Source: Octopus vulgaris (Eukaryota). From it: a stretch of DNA of 64,000 nucleotides. This document shows positions 63,971 to 64,000 of the stretch, piece by piece. The stretch's first letter is position 1. Each line of letters starts with the position of its first letter. Made by a program: the position numbers and the translations under genes. Location of the stretch: the NCBI GenBank assembly GCA_951406725.2, contig OX597839.1:35154001-35218000 (forward strand), written 5' to 3'. The notes under the pieces were generated by a model. The model was given only the letters and a program-made list of their open reading frames with translations, was not told the origin of the DNA and searched no databases.

Positions 63971-64000
63971 GATATTTATTCTGTGGCCAAATGTGTTCCT

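Overview
AT-rich, microsatellite- and SINE-saturated animal genomic DNA. The repeat families look like those of Octopus (recognised from memory, not searched). Only one host protein-coding gene is supportable: a + strand, 9-exon gene (27674-63402, continuing past the window end). All 8 introns are GT-AG and phase-compatible, giving 708 uninterrupted codons. It encodes a STAND/NB-ARC-like P-loop NTPase, a winged helix and TPR-like repeats, with no N-terminal effector domain and several degenerate NTPase motifs: an NLR-like protein. The rest is mobile DNA: at least three tRNA-headed SINE families, RTE, CR1-like and R4/Dong LINE fragments, non-autonomous Helitrons, piggyBac-like and Merlin-like MITEs, and many SINE/LINE-derived tandem arrays. 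Among the short AT-flanked repeats are nine minimal type-I hammerhead ribozyme motifs (Penelope-type). They come from several families and show C:G, G:C and U:A covariation at the core 3:8 pair. There is also a ~2.3 kb nested foldback palindrome. Almost all ORFs in the supplied track are low-complexity or repeat artefacts.
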